This document shows, piece after piece, positions 1 through 14,146 of a stretch of DNA of 64,000 nucleotides; positions within the stretch are counted from its first letter, which is position 1; each line of letters begins with the position of its first letter. The DNA comes from Hormiphora californensis (taxonomy: Eukaryota > Animalia > Ctenophora): contig CM035360.1 of NCBI GenBank assembly GCA_020137815.1, positions 3,162,001-3,226,000 on the forward strand, read 5' to 3'. A program made the translations under genes and the position numbers. The notes beneath the pieces were generated by a model. That model was given only the letters and a program-made list of their open reading frames with translations. It ran no database searches and was not told the DNA's origin.

Positions 1-3000
1 TTTGGTACCAAAATCGAAATCCTGTCTGCTGTCATGTTCTGCCTTTAGTTTAGCCACATGCTGTTTGATGTGATGTAATCTCTTCTCCTCGGCTTCCAGG
101 TTTAGTTTTGTCCTCAGGTTCACTCGGCTCTTCATTATCAACGCACCTACAATTATAACATGAGTTTATTCCCTAATTATTGTTGGCAAAATAAGAGCAA
201 TGTGGTTGACCTTAATCTGTCAGAAGAATGGCCTGACCCTATTACTACTAGATATTATCTACTAACTATACCCTTATTATAATACTACCCACCTTGAGCT
301 GATGTCTCAATTAGAACTTTCAGATAATGTTGGGCATGTGTAAAGTAAGGACTCTTGAAGACCCTTAGTTGGACCATGAGGAATGCAAATGTAAGGGCAT
401 CCATGATTAGACCGATGTTCCGATCGGAGCTGTCTATGTTACAGTGTTCGAAGGGGTTTATCTGGTATCCATCTGGTCTAGAAAGGGGATTTTAATAATG
501 TATGTTAGAAAATATTATGTTTAATGTTAGAAAATATTATGTTTAATGTTAGATAATATTATGTTTAATGTTAGAAAATATTATGTTTAATGTTAGATAA
601 TATTATGTTTAATGTTAGAAAATATTATGTTTAATGTTAGAAAATATTATGTTTAATGTTAGAAAATATTATGTTTAATGTTAGAAAATATTATGTTTAA
701 TGTTAGAAAATATTATGTTTAATGTTAGAAAATACAGTCGGACCCCGATTTACCGGGCCCCGATTTACCGGAACCCCGATTTACCGGGAGGATAAAATTC
801 CCCCGATAGAGGAAATTAACGGTTTTTGACCCCGATATACCGGGCACCCCGATTTACCGGGCAAAACCCTTTCCCCCGAGCATCCCGGTAAATCGGGGTC
901 CGACTGTATTATGTTTAATGTTAGATAATATTATGTTTAATGTTAGAAAATATTATGTTTAATGTTAGATAATATTATGTTTAATGTAAGAAAATATTAT
1001 GTTTAATGTTAGAAAATATTATGTTTAATGTTAGATAATATTATGTTTAATGTTAGAAAATATTATGTTTAATGTTAGATAATATTATGTTTAATGTTAG
1101 AAAATATTATGTTTAATGTTAGAAAATATTATGTTTAATGTTAGAAAATGTTTAATGTTAGAAAATATGTTTACTTTAACATCTTAATGTGTCAGCAACA
1201 AGATAGAAGGAGATTTAAAAATACTACACAAATTGTAATACCCCAATTTGAGATGAAGCAGATTTCTCACCTTTTTTGAAGGCAGATAAGTTTAAGCAGG
1301 TCGGCCACGGGACACAACAAATCCTTCAGAGTGTCTGAAGCGCTGGCAAATGTCACACAAGAGGGTAGTTGAAGAATAATCTTGATGAGCACAACAAAAT
1401 ACGTATAGATCAGAATCTTTTCCCAACGTTTTATCAGCAACTGAAATAAAAGATTCTGATTAATCAGTCTTTGTTATTTAACCTCCACAAACACTTCTTT
1501 ACCTCCCCTCCCCCTATTAGTCGACCCTGTTTCCCTCGCCCCGGGTTAGAACTATTTCACAAATATTACCCCCTGTCCCCTATATTACCTCTTTAGTCTG
1601 TGTTAGAAGGGTACTGTTGTACCACAGTAACAGGAAGGTCGCTATTAGGTATCCCGCGGAGAAAACACTTATACTAAGTACCGCATTCATGAACAGGACT
1701 GCAGCTGTTACCCACCTGCAGGCAGAGAGAGGGAATGGTTACCATATATTGTACTGGGTGTTCATTTTGGAGCTTTACAAAGCCGAATGTAGTAAACGGA
1801 ATCCCCCCAATTTAAATCGGAGGGATATTTATGTATGATTGAACAATATTTGAGAGTTATTTTAGTTCCTACCAGAGGTATGTAAAGATGAAGAGTTTAG
1901 TGGTGTTTAGGAAACTCTTGTTTTTTGGATCCGCGTAATCGGGTCCCGGAGAGGGGTCGAGGGCACCTGCACAGGGGGGTAATAAATTAGTTAATTATTG
2001 GGTAATTATCTGGAGGAGAGTTGTTATAATGTTCTAACCATCCTTTAATTTCATGGAACGCGGAGAGAGAGGGTCGAACAAGACAAGAGGGTCGAACAAA
2101 AGTCAAGACAAGAGAGTCGAACAAGACAAGAGAGTCGAACAAGGCAAGAGGGTCGAACAAGAGAAGAGAAGAGTGAGTGGCGACTGGCGAACCTTCCTAT
2201 AATTGCATTACGTGCATATTATATCAATTAAATTTCCCAATCATGTATTATAGGGTAGCGACTGGCTATTTGAAATGGCGGCTAATTTGAAACACCCCTT
2301 CTGACTTCCCCACTGATGTCTAAAAATCCAAATCTGGTGCACCTGCTGGCCTGTAGAGGGGGTGTTTCAAATTAACCGCCATTTCAAATAGCCAGTCGCT
2401 ACCCTACTGCTCCAATAATTGATTATAATTGGTGGTTACGTGTTACAACATGCAATTACAGACCTGAACTGTCTAGTAGAGCTCCTGTATGGTCAAAAAT
2501 TAATGAATTTAATAGGTAGATCTCTAATTGATAGATCACTATATCTTTGTAATCTACCCAACGTATAAATATCATTAAATGTAATGAAATTTTTACTTAA
2601 TTAACAGGAACCGACCGAAACAAGTAAGCAACCAATCAGAACTCGTTATTTAGGTCACGTGACTGGTTATCAGCCAATCAGGGACCAGTATTTCCTAACC
2701 TGCCAAAGTGGGGTCCAACTTCTGAAGCTGGAAGACATGCCACAGCCTCGTTAAGGAGAGAAGAAGGACGAAATCAGCAATCAGGAACAACTCATTAACA
2801 GCGGATGGGGTAGATGGGAGGTATAACCAGATAAGCAGGGAGAGAGAGTTTGTAGTTTGTAGATTACACCAGGGGTACTGCCAACAGAGACCCGGTGGTA
2901 GACCTGCAGGGAAGAGCTGGGTAGTTTCGAGGTTTATTTATATTGTTTCCAAATTAGATATTGTAGAACGAATTCTAAAAAAATGTAATTTATCATCATA

Positions 3001-6000
3001 ATGGGTAGTTTATAATTATTGATGATGAGATCAGTATAATTCTTACCTAACAATAGAAGATACTGCACGGCTATCAGTACATTTATTAGTACAATGTATG
3101 CCATGCACGCCTTCACTTTATGCCTACTACCGAGGTTCTTCCATAGCCCCATAAGGATGATGTAAGACAACCCGTAGACATCAAACCTAACTGCTGCCAC
3201 CACAACATGCACTATGTAGACAATCTGAAGGGTGGGGAAAAGTTAGGGGGAGATAAGGAACAGGTTAGGGGGATAGGGGGACAAGTTAGGGGACACACAT
3301 ACAGGGGACAAGTTATTTTCAGTGTGCCCTCATTTTCTAAATTCTTAGTAGCTTCGCTCCAAGTCCAACCTTGTTTTGTTCAAACCCTTTTATTTCTCAC
3401 GGTGCGGTGAGACCGGGTCCAATCTGGGTCGAGCAAGGCAAGACCAACCTGCCGGCAATATATCTTGGTTTTGTTTCTTTGCAGGGGGGGGGTATGGAAT
3501 GATATGATGTTTTGAAGTTTTTTCTCGTTTTTATTCTTTGTCTTTCTCTACTTGCCATCAGTTGTATCCACAATAATTTCAGCAAAAACGATTCGTTCCG
3601 TGGATCTGTGTAACCTCACTTTATCCCCCTTAGTGTGACACAAAAATGTGTAAATCTGGTCTCTCTGGGTGAGACCTGAGGAGATCTGGAGGGTTCCACA
3701 TAACTTCTGACTGGTTCCATTTGCAAATACGGACACTAAAGGATTATTGAAATCTCGACTGCAAATCCCCCAGTTGTGCAGGTTAAAAAAACACCATTCT
3801 GATGTTGCAATATCCGGCCACCAGTCCGAATAATAGAAGTAGTAAATAGTGATTCTGTGGATGTAATGTAGACCCCCTAGCTCCATATCTACCCATGTAA
3901 ATCCTTTAGTTTTATCGGGATACACAAGAGAGTAGGTAGAGAGATCTTGGTCCACATAGTTAGGGTAACTACCCGCAGCACTATAAGCAGTAGTAGGGGA
4001 TAACTGACCTGCATTCAGAGTCAGTTTTGGACCTGGATAATGTAACTGGTATGTTATGTTCTAACTAACTGTTTGTTATGTTCTAACTTCTAGATCTTCT
4101 TTACAAGGCAGGATGGTGGGGGGGATGAGAGAGGGTCGAGCAAGGCTGGTTTTCTCTCAGATGAACAACACGAGTTATTTCATTTCGCTTACCAAGTAAT
4201 GCTCCTACCGCTAAATTATCAATTAAACCGAAAATCAGGAGATAAAACATCGCTGCCAAACACACTACTAGAGACTAAAGATAGAGACTAAAGATAGAGA
4301 CTACTACAAGAGACTAATATAAAGATAGGGATTTAAAAAAGGCGTCAGATTGAGCACAACACCATTAGTGAGAGTCATATTATCCTCGTACAGAGAGGGA
4401 TATATAGAGAGGGAAATATTTTTATAGAGACAGCTATCTCTTTAAACTTGAGGCTATCTCTAGGTGCATCTCAATCTTATCCATAGACAAGGAGCTTGGA
4501 GACGTGGCCAATGACCAAGTTGGATAAATATAGGATAAGCTATGCTTAGGAGTCAAACAAACACCCAATCAACCAAACAAACAAACACCCAATCAACCAA
4601 ACAAACAAACAAACAAACAAACAAACAAACAAACAAACAAACAAACAAACAAACAAACAAACAAACAAACAAACAAACAAACAAACAAACAAAAACAAAC
4701 AAACAAACAAACCTCTTTTCCAAAGAGCACAAAGAAGTTGTTACACAGATACATGAGCTGGAGGGAGATCTTGGTTTCCGCATCCTCTCGAGAGATATTC
4801 GGGAAGATAAAGTCCGGGAATACACCTGTGATGTTATCCTTATTTGGATTTAATAAATCACGTGTCTAAGCAATGACCTTATATGGTCATATCACGTGAT
4901 GACTGGTGAAACAATGACCATATACGGTAAAAAGTGTTCCGAACCTACCCTCTCGCAGTATGTAGACATGAGGTGATCTCGTTCCCTTCATGTAATGTAC
5001 CAGTAGTCTCTGGACCACTAGGAGGACTATAACGACCACATAGCCCCACACCATTGAATAGGGAGAGTTCTCAAACTCGCTCTCCATGTTGTAGTATCCC
5101 AGCCACTCAATATTCGATCTGGGATGTAGATAGAGTTTATTGGATAACGGATTGTTTGTACATGGGGGGGGGGGGGGGGGAGAACGGACTGGTGGATAGT
5201 TTATGAGGCACAGATCACTGATAATTCGGAAGTGATGTGAAAAAACACACACTATATAATATCGATTGCGAGATAATTAGTGATAATTAGCGATAATTAG
5301 CTACTTACTTATCCTTGTAGCCACAATTATACGGAACCAGGTCAGGATCGGTTGCATTGTTACATGGCACCAGGGTATACGATTCCAGATACTTTTTCAT
5401 GAGCGTCTGTGACATATACAACTGTGGGGGCGGGGGTGTTACAATAAATGGTGGCTGATATGTGTGATTTGATCGGTAAACCCCGGCCCGGGTGTCCCCG
5501 GGTGGGGGTGGGATATAAAATATCAAGGTATATTCAAGGGGGGTGTGTTCACTGACCTGGTAGACGAGTTGTGAGAATATCTCCCAGGTGATCCAGGAGA
5601 ATATGGGGATGGTTAACTTGTACTGGATAACCGGCCAAGGAAGGGTAACCACGGTAACGAGGAGGACCACCACGTTCAACACACTGACACGTGAGACACA
5701 CACGAAGAATAGGGCCAGTGACACAAACCTGATTAGGGGAGAGGGAGTTGTGGAAAATTATTACTAGATTTAGGGAATAATTTTGACCCATGCTTGGGAA
5801 TAATTATAGATCCTAAGTAAGGGGACTCGTAACCTCTCTCAGATCGCGCTGTCCGCGATCAGAAAGTAACAGGTGGGTACTACCAACTTACTTGGGACTA
5901 TGCATCTCCAGGATTGCCAGTGAGATATGGAAGCCACGGGATGCCACACTTTTAGAATCACTCCAAAATTCTTTCAGCTGCTCGGTGACATTGTTCGCTA

Positions 6001-9000
6001 TGTTAACCATGTAGGCAGTTGACTTCAATCTGGCCCTCTTTTTCTCGCTAAACCCACTCGGACCAGCCTCATCTTCTTCCTCTTCTTCTTCCTCTTCTGG
6101 GGGCTCCTCGATTTGGGGATCAGGGGAGGGGTTGTCCAGGGATCTGAATACTGCAGGGCATGACACGAGTGTTATCATTATTGAGGGGGGATTTGAAACA
6201 AACATATGAGAGAGTACTGCAATGGTAACCAGGTTTTGGTAACACAATGGTTACCATGGTAACCAAGGTTTGGTAACACATTTACCTCTCAGTTGGATGG
6301 TAACAGCTAGCAAGACCAGGATGGGAACCAGCAACTGGATAAAGAGCTCAGAGGGAGTCGTAATTTTATCCATCCCAATATCTTTTATCCTGTAATTTTA
6401 AAGGGGATGAGTCAGAAATGCCACACGAACGAACTGCCCGCGATCTTACTTGTTAACATGTTACCAACATGTTACCATGTGTTATCATTACTCACGTGTT
6501 AACATCGTCTGTCCAGAGTTCCCGGATTTGTTCAAACTGGTACGTGTAAAGGAGGATCACACACAACATAGCGTAACAGATTAACAGGTACCAGAGCCAA
6601 ACTAAACGCAGTTGTAGGGGCTTTCGAGCAACCTGAAATTGGAAAATTGGAAAACTGTAACAACCAACAAGTCAGCTCTTTCCCCCTTGGATTGGTTTGT
6701 TTGTATTTTGGTCCTTTTGTTTGTTTGTTTGTTTGTTTGTTTGTTTGTTTGTTTGTTTGTTTGTCCACCTACCACATAACAAAACATGAAGATACTAAAG
6801 AAAACCAAATACATGATCCTCATTATGTTGATTCCATTGCTGTGTAGGGATGCCGCCAGAAGAGCCAGATATACCACTACCGGCCAGTAGTTGAGGATGG
6901 CGTGACGGAGGTATACGTATAGACGATAGATCTGAGAGAGGAGCGGGTGTTATTGGGTATGGGCACAGTTTTTCTGGGCGTCCCTCAGTGAGATGGTCAA
7001 TCGTGATATATGTACTTGTGGTTTTGTGAAAGAGGGGTAACCTTGCTCTGTGCGAGATAGAGAGTTGCCTCGCTCTGTGAGGGACGCGGGTAGCCTCGTT
7101 TCGATTACCTGTTTGTGAACTGACTTGTTTGCTCGAATGAATGATGACCGAGTCTGAAATCTTCTTTCGAATAGGCTGTGTTGTGACTTTAGTTGACATG
7201 AGTGAATTGATTGCATGATCTAGTACAGGATGTGTGTGAGCAGTGAATTTACAGAATGTTTGTGTTCTCTAACGGTGAACTATACTATGCATGTCACTCT
7301 GTTCCTAACATTGTCTCATATAAGACTGTCCTCTCTGCACCGGGCCGACAGTCAGTCCCGACAACCCTATCAGGGGTCACATTGCATGTGGATCTCACAT
7401 ACCCTGATGGTGTATTTGGTGGATCGCATCGCATCGGCAGTTCCCTTTATTAGGTTTTCCTGCTGGTACAGATACGCTCGGAGATGAATCCAGAACACAG
7501 ATAGGAAGAGAGCCTTTATCAAAACAGGTCGACCTGTGGTTGGACAAGCATTAAGAGTTTAGAAGAAACAAAAAATCATTGAGAAGGTTCTACGGAATTA
7601 GCAAGTGAATTTTTGAGTTTATTTTTCCGCCTCAAATCCAAGACACTTTATACCTCTTTCTTCCTCTCTTTTCATTCCGATATCGTCCTGTTCTTTCAAT
7701 TCTTTGTCCGTTAAATCGAGTGCTGGGACGGGGGGAAATCATTAAAAACTTGATATGAAGAGTTTCTGTACTCCTTTACCTTTACTACTATGGCCCCTAA
7801 ATTCCCGGGAGGGGGCATAAATTGTTAATTCATAAAATATGGGACATGGATAGGTACCCTAAATTATGGGTATTTTAATGAAGAGCGTAAAGTCTTCATA
7901 CTCGTTTTCTACCTTCTCTCTATTTCTCTCCTTATCTCTTTTTTAAGCTCTCTCCCCGTCTCTCGCACTCAGCTAGCACAACTGCAAGCACACTCGCAAA
8001 ACACACAGTTCTATCCTCCACCACTTCTTACCATAAATATACTGGATAGCAACCAATATAGTTCCATATCCCACTAGTGGGTAGGCCACACTGTAACTAG
8101 CCTCCTTTGCCTTGGGGCAGATACACAGAAAACACACCAACACCAGCAGTACAAACTCCATCCAAGATATGTAGGTGATAGACCAGAACATCATGACTGC
8201 AAGGGTTAGGAGATAGACCTGCCCAACCAGGAGCCGTGTTACAAATGATATAACTTGGGTTAGGGTTGTTTCGTCTTGGTCGGGATGGGTTGAGGTGAGA
8301 GAGGAGTGACGGGACCGAAGGGAGTTGTGGTGCTGGGCTGCATCTGAAAAGGGGACGGTGTTTAATAAATACATAGTGTATCATCAAATGTTCAGTGCGG
8401 TTTGAAACTGCAAAAACCGAAACCCAATATCACTAAAAACCCATTTCCCGTTTCCCAAAAACCCAGGAACTGGTTCGCATCTTGAGTGTGCGCGCGCGGT
8501 TCTCTACCCCAACCTCCTCGCGCGTTACTACACATCCAAACTGCCACCTCTCTTCATGATAGCCGCCAAGGGAAGAACAATGTTTTGCCCAAAGGCTTTT
8601 TAGAGGAAAAGCCGGTTGATGGAGAAAAGGAAGAGGGGAGAGAGTAAATATTATACAGAAACTGGTAATAAGTTAACTGGTTTTTCTTAACAAGGAAGAA
8701 GGCGAAGTAAAGTTCTGAAACTGCCTGTACACAAAAACCAAAATGTCACGTCATATTGTTATACCTTCCACAGTACCGTCAACTGTTATTGTATTGTAGT
8801 TGTTTCCTCGGTTGTTTCCAGTACTCCTCAATAACTGTGGAAAGGGGGAGGTGGTTAGCAACACAGATCGGTTAGAGCTCACCATCTCTCATTGTCACTC
8901 ACTAAACACACACACACACATAGCTGTTCCTTCTCAGATAGTTCCAAGAATTATCTTAGAATTCTCCCCTCGCAAAACACACATATTTCCAGCGTTTCTC

Positions 9001-10520
9001 CGAAAAGCCAGCTTTCAAGAAAAAGGAAATATTTTTCTAGCCAGCATAGTGTGTGTAGCATATATCAAATCAGTGGATCAACATTGAAAGAGCGAGGGAG
9101 TTTATTGAGAGAGAAAGGGAGGGTTGCTCTGCCGAAATAAAATGTGAGCTACACAAAGAGAGCGGGGGTATGGAACGTGAAACTCAACTTACAGAGTAGT
9201 ATGACGGTAGGACTCGTGTGATAAGTGCCTGGAGTGGGTGGGTGTGTGTGATTTATAATGGTAAAACGAATTTACCCCTCCCTTTCCGGCGCAAAGGAGG
9301 GGTTATAGATAGATAGATAGATGGTGTGACAGTGAATGTAATGAGGTTTAAAAAGAACTAAGTAAGTAAGAAAAGGTTTATTTTTATCTGCTGCAATAAT
9401 CATGTCGAGACTTTGATTCATCATCATTATTACAGACTTTATTCAGTATCTCTCTCTCCATGCACTTACGTTTTCTCGTTCCTCACTATCACTTCCACTG
9501 CAGATGGAATTCCGACTCATCTGGAGAGAAAGAGAGGATACTAGAACCAATCAAACATAAATCAATCAGGCATGTGAATCAGGGGTGAGAGAATAAGTGA
9601 GAAAATGGGGTAGTATGTGGCAATAATATGCATGGCTTTTTAGCTTTTGATGGTGTGTTATTTTACTGCTCAGTGGTGTTAGGATGCAAAGAGCTGCTTC
9701 TCAGGCTTCGATTTTTACCCTGTATCATTCGAACATGCCAAGAAAAACTGCTCATCAGGACTAGACTGCTGTTTAGCTTTTTTTTATACTGCCACGATCA
9801 TTCTATCATTGCTTGATTCACGCTCTTATCTCACAGCGCTCACTCGCAGCACTCTCAATATCTCCTCCCTTTATCTCTCTCCTTCTCTAGCTCTCTCTAT
9901 CTCACTCTCATGCTGCTTTTTCACCTCTCCTTCAAATTCGGGACTTGAACAGTTGGACACGATACGAGGCCGAGGTGGTGCCCTCTGGGGCCAAAATATA
10001 TCTAACCCGACTCTAGCCGCGCTGCCCTGTGAGAGAACATTATTCGATATTATGGATGTACTCTGTCAGTCAAGTCTGTCCTATGTAAATTGTGTAGGGC
10101 GGAGGAAATTTAAAGTTGTAGTTTGTAATTATTCAAAATGACCCAAAATTTAGTGAAAAGGAGGAAATATTTATTACTTAGCCAGTATTCAGAGTGTGCC
10201 CTAAAATGGCTCATTTAGATCTTGGTAAATCTTGAAGGGGGGTGGTGGATCTAGCAGCTGGTGGTCTTTTCAGAATTACTGCGTGTGTGTGTGTGCACAA
10301 TGTGCACATGTCCCATGATGTGTGTGTGTAATAGGTGAGGTCTGCACACCGTGTTATATCATTGTCTTTGGGGTAAAAAGAGGGGGGTATAAACTTGGCA
10401 TTCAGTTTTATATGTCTTTCGGGAAACATACAGACAAACTCTCTGTGCGTCAGTTTAGTTCGATGCTCTTTTATCATGAAACAATGGCATGTTGATGTGA
10501 TCTAGGGACAAAAAATAATG

Positions 10521-10554
<34 letters not shown>

Positions 10555-13500
10555 GAGAGAGAGGGAGAGAGGGAGAGAGAGGGAGAAAATGAGAGATAGT
10601 TAATGTGAGGTAATGAGATCGATAGAGAGATAGAGAAAGGAAAAAGTAAGTGAGTGAAAGTTCCATGGAAATACACGAAAATTAAGTTTACACGGTCATG
10701 TCAGCGAATGTACGTCAGTTGGATCAATTATTGGAACAGTTGATAACAATATTTTTTATTGAAATTAAAAAAACACGTACGTAAATGTCTTACTAACCTT
10801 GATCATATACCGGGCGGATAGAGCAAGAGAGAAGTAGAGGGCAGCGAGGGCAAACACAAAAGCATAATTCCCCCAAATCAGATCGTGGGAAAAGTGTAGG
10901 TGTAGAGGGTTATCCACTATTACATTCCCCTCCGTAGAACAGTTTCTTTGGTAGTACTCTACAAAACCTAGTAACCTAAACAAAAACCGGTACCTATGTA
11001 GTTATAAAGTTTCAAAAAAGGAAAAAGGAAAGACTTTCTAATCAATTACTAACACAGACTAACACCTAACACAGGAGTAAAACAGGACTCTATCTAATGA
11101 ATACCTGGCGGGTAAGCTCTCAGGTTTGAGATGATCATTAATCGGGTTGAACTGGTAAATGTAGAGTGCTAAAAGTTGGAGTCCAGCCAGTAAAAACAGT
11201 ACCAACTTTAGATGAGGTAACCTGCCAAACCGTACCTATACATGGGACGATGTGTGTTAGTATGAAATATGAATACCAGCAACTCCGCTGGTAACTATCT
11301 ATGTACTATCGTCTGTTGTTTTGTATTGTTTGGGGAGGTGCAACAGCACAACTGTTGTTATAACAATTACTATTGATGCACTGACTTTAAATACTACCAC
11401 TATCAGTAGTATCGTTTGCATACTGTAAAACCATTTATTTTCGCGGGAAATTAATTTTCGCGGATTGGCCTAGATTGGCTTCTGGTGGTCCCTGTAGGGC
11501 CCTGACGACTTCACCAGCGTACCAGGAGTCGCTGATGAAGGAGTAGTTCACTCCTGGTACGCTGGTGAAGTCTTCACGGACCACCAGAAACCCTAGTCTA
11601 GGCCAATCTGCGAAAATTAATGCCCTCGAAAATATATGGTTTTACAGTAGATTATCTAGTCGACTATTCAATCTAAGATCCCCGAATCCCTGATTATTGA
11701 TTCTGGGACCACTATACTCACGTTAATTGCCCGTAGGGTGGAGAGGGTTACGAATGTGATAAAGTATATGCCGGAGATAAGGGAGGGAGCAGCACAACCA
11801 GCGCAAAGAAGGCACAGAGTAGTTACCATGGGTTCAAGGGCACGCCATAACCGGGATAGCGACCTGCAGGGTTACAACATTATTACAGGGGTGTTACATG
11901 GATTATAAACCACCCCCCCCCCCCTGCTGATATTTCCCGCAGTCTACTGTGGTATATCAAATAATTCCCTCCCTCTGTTTTCACACCTTTCATAATTCCC
12001 GGGGTCGTTTTATAATAAATAACCACGGCTAGTAAAGTGATGAAATTTGATAATCCCGTACGGGGATTATCACACGATATTCCCCTCGTCGTTTCACTCC
12101 TCGTGGATATCGTATTGATATACCACCCTGACAGGGTGGTATATCAGATTTCATCCCTCTACTAGCCGGGGTTATCTATATTATAATAGTATGTTACGGT
12201 GGTGAATAAAATATGGACTTACAAGATAGGGAAACTGCTCCTCAAACAGCTTCGAGGCCATCATGATACTACAGAATTTTCTAAGAGTAGACACAAACCA
12301 ACAAACACACATTCCCAACACGATGGAAGGTTGTAAGACAACAAACTAAAAAACACCCTCCCAAACACAAAACTAACACCCTAATACCCTCCACCCCAAC
12401 TTACAACCCTCCCTAACATAAAACTAACACACCAACACACTAACTAACACCCTCCCCCAACACAAACTAACTAACACCCTCCCCAACTGTATGGATGGCT
12501 CTAAGACAAAACTAACACCCCCCCCCCCCAACTTACAAGCCCTCCTCGGGTGGAGCGGTAGGGGAATTAAACGCCAGAACCGTTGTTACTGCAGTGATCA
12601 GAAATACTGCGAAATCAGGGGCAATCAGCCGTAGTCTGTCCAATACAAGTGGAACTATATCTGAGCTGAGAGACTGATATCCGATGTTCATCAGCAGGAT
12701 ATTCGTGTTGTTACCTGCGGGGGATTGGGAGGGGTTAGATAATTCTGATAATGGGGGTGTTACAATTCGGTAAGCGGACTCTAGTGCTAAAATCACGAAA
12801 AGCGAACTCGAGATTTCGGCCGTTAGGCCGGAAGCGAGAGTTTGCTGTGCCTATATACTCGTTTAGAAGTGTTAGGGCTGTTATTTGGGTTCGAGGTTAG
12901 GGGTTAGTGTAAAGGTTAGGGTTAGATATAGAGTCCTCCTTGGGTTTAGATATAGAGTCCGTTAGCACTAGAGTCCGCCCACCTTACAATTCTTATGTAA
13001 TGATAATTATGAGGGGTATTAAAATTCTGATGTAATACCAACTTGATCCTCGTTATTGTTGTTATTATTGTTGATCCTCTAAACTATTGTATTGAATACA
13101 AAACGAACAGACACACAAACACACGCACAAACCAACAATGTATGTATTGTCTGCTATACGACACTGCACCTGCTAATAAGCCCCACACCTGCTACACACA
13201 ATAGATAGCACATTAGTCTTTTGTCAATACATTAATTCGCATATTGCATATTATATATTCCTTAGATGAGAGTAATCCGGCCTAAATCTGGCTGAATTAG
13301 CACTTTGGCATCGAATCATAAACCAGCTAGTGGAATATAATGGACAGACATAAAGACATGAAACAGGCATTTTAAAACATCAGACAAACAGAACGCATAT
13401 ATTTAACTGATTAACTTGATTATATGAGCGGTAATTACCATGGTTTTAAACCCCATGGTTGTGAACCCCATTGTTGGTGGCCAATTAACTTACAAAGATT

Positions 13501-13867
13501 CTCAGGGGTAACGGTTATTTTCTCGGTTAGCTGGAGAACATAGAACACCACATGGCCACTGCAGGCAAATGTAGCAGTCACTAAAAGCAGCAGCAGGTAT
13601 ACTCTGAGCACCTTGTGGACTGAAAAGGAATGAATTCTGGAATTAAAAAAGCTATTTTGCTCCGAAAAGTTAGAAAGACCCACAATTTAAATACTCACTC
13701 TGCCAATTTTTGTAGGAGTATTTTGGTAGGCATGGTAGGACCATAAAGAAAAGCAACCATATCAAGGATACAACTGACACCCGGAGGAAGGCGGAGACAA
13801 TTAGCGTTGCCGGTAGGAGACCTCGATAGAATATGTAAGTTATCAACTCAAGGGTTTCCACCCCCAT
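1..13867 (-). CDS. PIEZO: Piezo-type mechanosensitive ion channel, multi-exon, 5' part (continues beyond left edge)
   Basis: The first exon MGVETLELITYIFYRGLLPATLIVSAFLRVSVVSLIWLLFFMVLP resembles the Piezo N-terminus. Later GT-AG exons resemble successive Piezo TM repeats in the expected order: ~8340-8030 (MMFWSITYISWMEFVLL), ~6930-6770 (NYWPVVVYLALL), 4825-4713 (YLCNNFFVLFGKE), ~3222-3045 (IAVQYLLLLG), ~2903-2700 (LPPGLCWQYPW...IWLYLP...LIADFVLLL). Confidence 0.88.
500..1175. repeat. AT-rich minisatellite, 22-bp unit (tattatgtttaatgttagaaaa), interrupted by a MITE
   Basis: Directly visible tandem array in a Piezo intron. Confidence 0.95.
735..906. mobile_element. 172-bp MITE, Tc1/mariner-pogo type (family A, copy 1)
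   Basis: TIR CAGTCGGACCCCGATTTA...TAAATCGGGGTCCGACTG flanked by TA on both sides; other copies at 27463 and 31702. Confidence 0.9.
2251..2406. mobile_element. Short palindromic MITE
   Basis: ~48-bp inverted repeats tagggtagcgactggctatttgaaatggcgg / ccgccatttcaaatagccagtcgctacccta. Confidence 0.8.
2605..2696. mobile_element. ~109-bp MITE family B (hAT-like), truncated copy
   Basis: Matches caggaaccgaccga... copies at 18068, 20117, 23793, 32115 and 38188. Confidence 0.85.
3548..4250 (-). CDS. Small secreted protein (signal peptide plus a beta-sandwich/carbohydrate-binding-like domain), two exons, nested in a Piezo intron
   Basis: Exon 1 ATG 4250 MFYLLIFGLIDNLAVGALL ends at a phase-1 GTAAG. 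It joins in frame at the acceptor near 4032 to GPKLTLNAGQLSP...VDQDLSTYS...W(V)DMELGGLHYIHRITIYY...LCGTL...IVFAEIIV, stop 3548. The domain assignment is inference. Confidence 0.7.
4555..4712. repeat. (AAAC)n microsatellite
   Basis: Visible; abuts a Piezo splice donor. Confidence 0.95.
11421..11649. mobile_element. TA-flanked palindromic MITE
   Basis: tactgtaaaaccat...atggttttacagta ends; internal inverted repeats (cttcaccagcgtaccaggag / ctcctggtacgctggtgaag). Confidence 0.85.
12019..12180. mobile_element. Imperfect palindromic element
   Basis: ataaccacggctagtaaagtgatgaaatttgat... / ...atcagatttcatccctctactagccggggttat inverted pair. Confidence 0.6.
12769..12983. mobile_element. Non-autonomous TIR element with 9-bp TSD and internal TTAGGG-like tract
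   Basis: TIR ggtaagcggactctagtgctaa / ttagcactagagtccgcccacc; TTACAATTC duplicated at 12760-12768 and 12984-12992. Confidence 0.85.
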
Positions 13868-14146
13868 CCTTGGTATTTACTGCACAACCACTCGGATCTT
13901 ATTTTCTGTGGCGTCTTCTCATTGGTTACGTCATAAAACAGTTTACATCCTAAAACATTTATTTGGTCGGAAACTGAGAGATTCCGTGATCCGTCGTTGA
14001 AACTGTTTTTGGTCAAAATATGCTCGTCACAGGTACGTCGCATGCATTATGCCCGTCAGACCACGTTCTTCGGGCCTCCATATTAAATGATGGAACAACA
14101 CGAGTTTTGTTGGGTGCTTCAGCCTTCACGTGGTGCAGTCTTCGTC

